DNA of 63,072 nucleotides, filler included, from Salisapilia sapeloensis CBS 127946 (lineage: Eukaryota > Protista > Oomycota), in NCBI GenBank assembly GCA_023334545.1. It is 5 parts of 5 records of this genome, joined end to end, with 100 filler letters (N's around TTAATTAATTAA, not from the genome) between each part and the next. Parts side by side here need not be neighbours in the genome. Positions count along the whole stretch, not along the records: positions 56,462 to 61,289 come from JAADVB010000650.1; positions 61,390 to 63,072 come from JAADVB010001070.1; 3 more parts are not named here. The stretch is one strand, 5' to 3'. Under the pieces are notes generated by a model. It had not been told where the DNA came from, ran no database searches, and was given only the letters and a program-made list of their open reading frames with translations. The position numbers and the translations under genes were made by a program. Positions within the stretch are counted from its first letter, which is position 1. Every line of letters begins with the position of its first letter. Below are positions 56,462-63,072 of this stretch, in pieces.

Positions 56462-56736
56462 TCGTCGACGGGATGCACGCGACCGAATGCGTCCTAGTCG
56501 AACGCCACCGAGCATCGTATGAGCGGTAGGATTAACCCGAAAGCCCAACGGGCGACCAAGTGCTGGTCGTCCGCTGCCGACAGCCTCGACGGTCTGGCAA
56601 GCACAGTCGAGCGACCGCAGACCAGACACCAAGAAGCCTTCGTTGGCAGACACCGTATACTAAGAGTTCCATACACAACGTTTTTATTCTCTACTTGCAT
56701 TCTCTTCTTCAACTCTTCTCTCGCACACGAGAAATC
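56462..56736 (+). repeat. Left arm of a 275-bp inverted repeat bracketing the 56462-61289 contig
   Basis: Reverse complement of 61015-61289; two mismatches seen. Confidence 0.95.
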
Positions 56737-57016
56737 ATTCGCCATGATTTCGATGATACCACGACTCGTCTGTTAGTAGAAAAAATTTGCTACTTGCACG
56801 ATCCACTGACGTTTCGCTTCGATGCGACAGCTAAACTGATAAATTTTGACTTGATTTTGAAGTCGAAACAACGAGCTAATTTTTTAGTAAATCGGTCATC
56901 GCAGACGTGCGGATGCAACCACCTCACGACCGATATAGAGGTTGTTCGAAAGTAAAAAAAAGTTGCACGAACACAAACCATCGCCTTCGCCCCATACATT
57001 AGATCGGAGATACAAA

Positions 57017-58131
57017 ATGGCGAGTACTCAGGAGCAGGCAGACGAGCAGAAAGCGTACGCTTGTGTTGCTTTATCTTTATCAGTCTATATATACTTACCC
57101 TAGCGTAGGCTTGGCAATGAAGAGTTTAACGCGAAGAACTATGAGAAAGCCATCGAGTACTATAGCGAGGTGAGTCGCTAGTGTCCACTATTCCAAGCAT
57201 CTCGACTCACTTGAGCGATATCTAGGCCATTCGTCTCGACAAGGAAAACCATGTCTATCACTCCAACCGCAGGTATACTCCCATAGCGTCCATAGTCCAC
57301 CACAGCGTTCTCATTCGACTAGTGCTGCGTATGGAGCTGCTGGAAAATGGGAAAAGGCCGAGGAGGATGCCCACGAATGTATCCGTTTGAACCCTCAATT
57401 CGCCAAAGGTAGTGCTCTACCTCTTTATATCTACATCATCTTCTAATACAAGAGCAGGATACCATCGTTTGGCGAATGCTCAGAAGCAGTTGGGGAAGAA
57501 GGAGGAGGCGCTCGCGACGCTACGTAAAGCCCAGAACACGGCTTCGAATCCAGAGCGTGTGCCGGGCATCAAGAAGCTCATGCGTGACTTGAATCAAGGC
57601 GCGAAGCCGACTGGTAACCAGCAATTGCCTCAGCACATTCTGAATGAATTGCAGGAGCTCCAGCCGCAGATGAACAACATCCAGCGAGAGCTAGATCAAG
57701 TACTTTTGTGTTTTGTTAGAACGATAGGGTATGTGTGTTGAGAGGTGTATAGAACCAAGCCAAGTTGGAGGCATATTCGAGACAGAAGAAGCGATTGGGA
57801 CTGGTGGAAAAGGAATTAGGCGAAGTACCGGAAGGAACGGCGACATATCGTAGCGTTGGTAGGTGATTTATAGTGTCATTAAAAGGGATGGAGAGTAACG
57901 TGTGCGTAGGTAAAATGTTCCTGCAGACCAAGGAAGAGGAGAATGCTGCGTACTTGAAACAGGAGAAGACCAAGGTGGATGACCAAGTAGCTTCTCTTGA
58001 GGTCTGTATGATAGCTAGTTGGATATTACAAGTATCTGAATGGTTTGTAGGCTCGCCAGCACTATTTGCAACGTCAGAAGCAGAGTTTGCAGGACAACAT
58101 TACGGAACTCATGGCACAGACGAGTCAATAG
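57017..58131 (+). CDS. TPR domain - prefoldin subunit 1 (beta-type) fusion protein, about 7 short introns
   Basis: Spliced: KALGNEEFNAKNYEKAIEYYSEAIRLDKENHVYHSNRSAAY...NPQFAKGYHRLA (3 TPR), then ELQELQ...KRLGLVEKELGEVPEGTATYRSVGKMFLQ...YLQRQKQSLQDNITEL (prefoldin 1). Confidence 0.8.
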
Positions 58132-58154
58132 GAAGCCAATCTCTTTTTTCTGAC

Positions 58155-58561
58155 TTACGACTCTTCCTGTTCTTCCTCTTCCTCTACCGTTAGCTAGTTC
58201 CATGATTAGATCTTGTCAGTAGATGGGATGGGATCGTGTCTTACTCTTTTATTCAGCTCTTCGATCGTTTTCAAGAGCTCCGTATTTTGTTTCTTTAATT
58301 CTTCATTCTCCGACCGGAGAGCATCGACGTCGATACCAGTTGGTGCACCAAGGTATTTCTTTAGATACTCGATGGCATCGTCAGGTTTATCCGACTCTTC
58401 GTAGAGACCGACGAGGACTTTGGTGAGAGCATCGACGACACCACTTTTCTCGAGATACTTTCGATACTCTTCTTTCTTCGAGTCTGGTGTCTAGTGATAG
58501 GATAAGTAGAGAGTAGGATAGAAGTAGAATATGATCGTACTTGGTAGACTGCGTTATTCAT
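58155..58561 (-). CDS. MYCBP: c-Myc-binding protein / AMY-1 homolog, multi-exon
   Basis: Spliced: MNNAVYQ|TPDSKKEEYRKYLEKSGVVDALTKVLVGLYEESDKPDDAIEYLKKYLG...LRSENEELK. Confidence 0.88.
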
Positions 58562-58649
58562 CTTCGTTAGAGCGATCGGTGAGTGTCGGTTTGAGAGGGG
58601 TTTCAACGGATAGTAGTACATCAGGTGTGGGATGTGTCTATAGTAACCA

Positions 58650-59760
58650 TGGCTCGGAAAGATCGAGTAACCGCGAAGCTGTTGCTGGAGGGATTGAAAT
58701 ACAAGATATGCAGTAGGTGTGGTCAGACACTTGTGTGCGGAGATTTTGTCGTGCGGATGGCGACGGATACAAGCTCAGTAGCTTGTCTGGATAGTTTCGA
58801 CTTTGGGTTGAAAACCAGGTTACCGCGCTACGAACGAGGTGCATGTATTGTATTCTTTTTTCATCGTATCTACATGTCCCGAAAGGTGGAAAATAAAGTC
58901 TTTACATAGGCGCACGACCTCATTGCATGCTTGCATTTCAAGTATACACGGCGTTACCATTGACTTGTCAGGTTGAAGAGACCAAGATTCAGACGACTGA
59001 CGAAGATAGTTCGGATGTCTGATTACTTCTATTCCTGCAATTGACTTCTTTCTCTCTCTCTTTTGCTTGCGTGCGACTCGAGTGCCTGTTCGAACGCCGG
59101 TTGAGATAGAAGCTTTTCTTGGATACGGTATGTTTTGGCAACCGTCAGACAGTGGGACGATGCGGCACGGACCAGGATACTATCGTCAGCCATTGCTTTC
59201 CTGGTCCGACTGTGTGCTGCATGGATTGGAGCATCAAGTAGGAATGTCTTGTCGGAGCTAGATAGAGGGAGACGTGATGGGTTGGCACTGGCGTGTGGCG
59301 AATAAAGAGTTCCTCGGAAACAGGATACACCGAATGATCGCTGTCAATTCAGTCGACGGGTATGTTCAGCAGCCACGGGTTGAAGGTATGTAGCCACCGA
59401 AGTATTCCGTCCGAATGTACGAGAATGCAGGAAAGAAGTCGATCGAGAGAATGAATCCTAACCTAGAAGCACGTATATGTTCCTTGAGTATATACAAACG
59501 AATCTGATCCCGGTGCTACGATGGGTGAGCTATTCTATGTCAACAAGCATGGAATGGAGGAAGATATCTATATTCAGACGTCGGATTATGCTTATCTTTC
59601 TATTATTGCGTCCAAAACGAAGTTCCCACAACATGTACAGTGGAGCGTATCTTGGCGTATATCACCCATTGCTGTCGGAGGAGACAGTGCTTGTGTGCGT
59701 TTGACTGAATCTCAAGCGCAAGTCAGTCTCTTTGTGGAAGGGCGCATTGAATTCATCTAA
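58650..59760 (+). CDS. Probable multi-exon gene of unknown function, divergent from MYCBP
   Basis: Exon-like blocks separated by GT-AG segments: MARKDRVTAKLL, GTMRHGPGYYRQPLLSWSDCVLHGLE, IEGDVMGWHWRVANKEFLGN, GELFYVNKHGMEEDIYIQTSDY; family not recognised. Confidence 0.5.
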
Positions 59761-61014
59761 AAGCTCAGTCGTTGTGCTGAATAGTACGTCTAGACTGTAT
59801 TACCTTTTGTAGATGAAATGTACGTGCCAATGACGATAAGATACAACGAATAGAAGTATGAGTAGAGAAGTTTCCGCTTGGATAGCTGGAAATTGATGCT
59901 TGCTGAACCTGATGAAGGATAGTGGAAGCTTACGTCAAGACAACGCGTACTAAGAGAGTTAGTTGCGCTACATTGAGCCATCTTAACGCGAGACATGATT
60001 GTAGATCTCATCGAAACCAACCAGATGAGCAGAAACAAGTAGGGAAAGGATTTGTTTCCTAGGATCTATCATCTAATAAAAGTCGTGCCAACACATCCTA
60101 AAAACGGGACTAAATAGAAAATAATTTTCTCATCGACACAAATTGGGTTGATCCAGATTTACATTACACGACCACCGAATGCGGGACTGCTTCAACACGG
60201 GTATGAAAGTCCTATTTGGAATCCACAAAAGTGCTGCACAAGTGTATAATTTCACTTTTTGACCACTATCCTTGATTCCATCTGCTTTGCATCAGTCTAT
60301 TACGTGTACGAGGTGTAGGTTCATCGTCGTACCGTCGTGATGCCTCTTCAAGAATCAGCGTGCAGGAGCAATACGTGGTCGTAAGCGAAAATCTGTTACG
60401 ACCGGACGATCACGGTAGACAGTTGATGCAGTGGATCAATGCAATACGTGGACCTACGCGGTTTCCTTTGCACAAGAAGGGGATGCGTACACGCTACGGA
60501 TGACTAGGTCGATCGGCACAAGGAAACGTTCCATGCTGCGAGGAGTAGATCCCTTCTGAGAAAATCGAAGTTTGCAGATAACGAAGACTCGATCTCTTCC
60601 TGCGAAGTGAAGTCACGACACGTGTGACTTGCATTTAAATTTAAACGTGCTTGGTACGCTTCGCAACAAGGAATGTCTACCGTATCATTCGTCGTCGTGC
60701 TTGGCGTTTAAAATATTCATTCGCGACGTCGTTTTATTCTTTGTAGAGTGTACGTCAGACACAGCTACTTGGTGTCCGAATCGCTACATCGCGCTTTCTT
60801 CAAGCGTGTAGATGCGGAACAGCCACGTGTGTTCAAGTCAGCGCAGCCATCTCGGCGTAGAGCAATAGTCTGAGGCCATACTTTATGCCCTCGTCTTGCT
60901 TATCATACAGTTTAGCACCCATGTCCTGTCTCCTCTGTGCTGATTATTGCTGCTTCTTGGTCCGACCCTTCCACAATCGCAGATGAGACGCCTTCTCGTC
61001 GTGTCGTGGTGAAA

Positions 61015-61289
61015 GATTTCTCGTGTGCAAGAGAAGAGTTGAAGAAGAGAATGCAAGTAGAGAATAAAAACGTTGTGTATGGAACTCTTAGTATACGGTG
61101 TCTGCCAACGAAGGCTTCTTGGTGTCTGGTCTGCGGTCGCTCGACTGCGCTTGCCAGACCGTCGAGGCTGTCGGCAGCGGACGACCAGCACTTGGTCGCC
61201 CGTTGGGCTTTCGGGTTAATCCTACCGCTCATACGATGCTCGGTGGCGTTCGACTAGGACGCATTCGGTCGCGTGCATCCCGTCGACGA
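61015..61289 (-). repeat. Right arm of the 275-bp inverted repeat
   Basis: Reverse complement of 56462-56736. Confidence 0.95.
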
Positions 61290-61389
61290 NNNNNNNNNNN
61301 NNNNNNNNNNNNNNNNNNNNNNNNNNNNNNNNNTTAATTAATTAANNNNNNNNNNNNNNNNNNNNNNNNNNNNNNNNNNNNNNNNNNNN
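61290..61389. other. Artificial contig linker
   Basis: Same N/TTAATTAATTAA/N block. Confidence 0.97.
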
Positions 61390-61478
61390 AACAAGAACGA
61401 GTTTGATGAAATGGATATAAAGCCTAGTTAATTATTTTGTACATCTATCGTCATCTACAGTTAGAGAGTCACTCTCGT

Positions 61479-62351
61479 TTAGTCCTGGTGGCTCTCCAGT
61501 AAGTCTTGGCCGAAGCCGTCGAGCCACCAAAAGACGCCGTCGCCGGGGCGGCAGTAGCTCGCCACACCGGAAGGAAGCACGTTCTGGCGGCACAGTGGGC
61601 ACACGAACTCGCATCGGAGCCACTCGTAGACGCAGTCGCGGTGGAAGGCGTGGCGGCACGGGAGGATCACTTCTTCATCCTCCTCGTCGTCGTCCAGACA
61701 GATCACGCACTGGTGGTCGCTCTCCGACACCGTCGACGCCTCCGAACCAAAGCTGCTCTTCAGCATCGACTGCTGCGTGTTGTCGATGTAGATCTGCATG
61801 AGGGATCGGCGGTCCTCAACGGTGTCCGGCACCTGGAGAAAGTCGAACACGTTCTTCGACAAGTGCGTGCTCGCCGTACGACACTTCATCGTGCTGCCAG
61901 GGACGAGGATGCAACGCAGCAAATGCGTCAACAGCTCCTCCATCTTGTGACGGCGGTGCTTCACGGCCAGAGACGATCTCGACGCGAACTTTGGGAGACG
62001 CTGCGGGAACCAGGCGTACAAGTAGTCCTGCACGGCCTCGCACGAGCCGCGGCACACCCTCGAGTTGCACGTCCACTGTGTGCACACGCGGTTCTTGAAC
62101 GCACGAAGCTCCGAGTATCTGTAGCTGACGGACCACGACTTGCCCGACACGACGTTCTTCACCTGAATCGAGTACATCGCGTGGTTATCTTCGATGCCGG
62201 CGTACGACACGGCTACCTGGATCGGAAGCGCGTCGCTGGAGCAGCTCGGCAACCTTTCCAATGGCACATTCTTGTGTGGCATGTCTGGCAAATGCGTCGG
62301 TCGAGCCGAGCGGGATTGGGATGGGGGCATAGCAAACGCTGTGGTGGCCAT
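61479..62351 (-). CDS. PX-like domain + C-terminal RING-H2 protein (putative E3 ligase); probable start MATTAF at 62351
   Basis: YSIQV...WSVSYRYSELRAF (PX-like); CVICLDD...LPCRHAFHRDCVYEWLRCEFVCPLCR (RING-H2). Confidence 0.85.
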   Translation of the reverse strand: MATTAFAMPPSQSRSARPTHLPDMPHKNVPLERLPSCSSDALPIQVAVSYAGIEDNHAMYSIQVKNVVSGKSWSVSYRYSELRAFKNRVCTQWTCNSRVCRGSCEAVQDYLYAWFPQRLPKFASRSSLAVKHRRHKMEELLTHLLRCILVPGSTMKCRTASTHLSKNVFDFLQVPDTVEDRRSLMQIYIDNTQQSMLKSSFGSEASTVSESDHQCVICLDDDEEDEEVILPCRHAFHRDCVYEWLRCEFVCPLCRQNVLPSGVASYCRPGDGVFWWLDGFGQDLLESHQD

Positions 62352-63072
62352 GATTTCCTGTTTTACTCCGAAGGAAGTGGTACTTGTTGCCAAGTCGGTA
62401 AAATTGAGAATGAGCTGCTCGGATGTCCATGCGCAACGCTGCTCCAAGCAGACCACCCGATCGTGCGCACCGAGTTTGCATGCGACGAGCCTGCGCTTGA
62501 GGTGCAGAGACCGGACAAGAGGCGCGTCACCTCGGCGCGTCACCATTTCTGCTTCCCTCTCATTGGTCCAGACCCACCGAATTAGAGCAGACTCACTGTT
62601 AGCAAATTCTAATACGCTTGCACGCCACTTCCTCGATGCCATTATCTTTGCTTTCGTCACCAGCGACTGGATAACGGGTGCGTGCGTGCACGAAGATCCA
62701 GTCGGCGCTGGAAACACGTTTGGATATCACCTACAAACTTCAGAAACGAGAGAGCACTTTCTGAAACGTATCGCAATGTAGCCAAAGATGCGCGCGCGCC
62801 AAGCACCACGGAGTCCACGACCCCTAGCTCCGAGTCGCGCTGTACCAATGAGCTGTTACAGCCAGCTATACTAACGCCGTGACGCGCTGCTCGATCCGCA
62901 CAGCCAGATAGAGATGCACACTCGCATGCACGCTATCCACCGACCATTGTGCACCGTTCATTGAGAACGATCCGCACGGAATAAAAGGTGGCGAGAGCGC
63001 TCTAGCTTGAGAAAAGTTGGCAAGTCGTAGCGTCGACAGGATCAGCACCACGTCATCTTTGCTAGTCGTACA

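Noticed and set aside
55312-57017. Apparent neighbourhood of the ferric reductase with the inverted-repeat block
   Set aside because: Separated by an artificial linker, so adjacency is not established
61506-62585. 359-aa ORF antisense to the PX-RING gene
   Set aside because: Shadow ORF in a GC-rich contig with no motif support

Overview
Compact, intron-containing eukaryotic DNA, most likely an oomycete (inferred from CBM1/CBEL-like and elicitin-like secreted proteins, START-like+FYVE genes, an oomycete-type multi-TM family and short GT-AG introns). The window is five contigs joined by four identical artificial 100-nt N/TTAATTAATTAA/N linkers (30172-30271, 40173-40272, 56362-56461, 61290-61389), so adjacency across linkers is not biological evidence. 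It holds about 27 protein-coding genes, one intron-containing tRNA-Tyr, a START-FYVE pseudogene, a four-copy dispersed repeat and a 275-bp inverted repeat bracketing an entire 4.8-kb contig. The most unusual observations: (1) a TBC RabGAP-PDZ-GRAM-myotubularin fusion with both catalytic signatures intact; (2) a TPR-prefoldin-1 fusion visible only after splicing; (3) an intronless 2460-aa cytosolic macroglobulin-like protein; (4) a GH81 glucanase with five copies of an unrecognised 8-Cys module; (5) a repeat whose hairpin loop is inverted in one copy relative to two others; (6) a triplicated core promoter upstream of GRASP. All exon boundaries were read by eye and no database searches were run, so novelty claims are untested.
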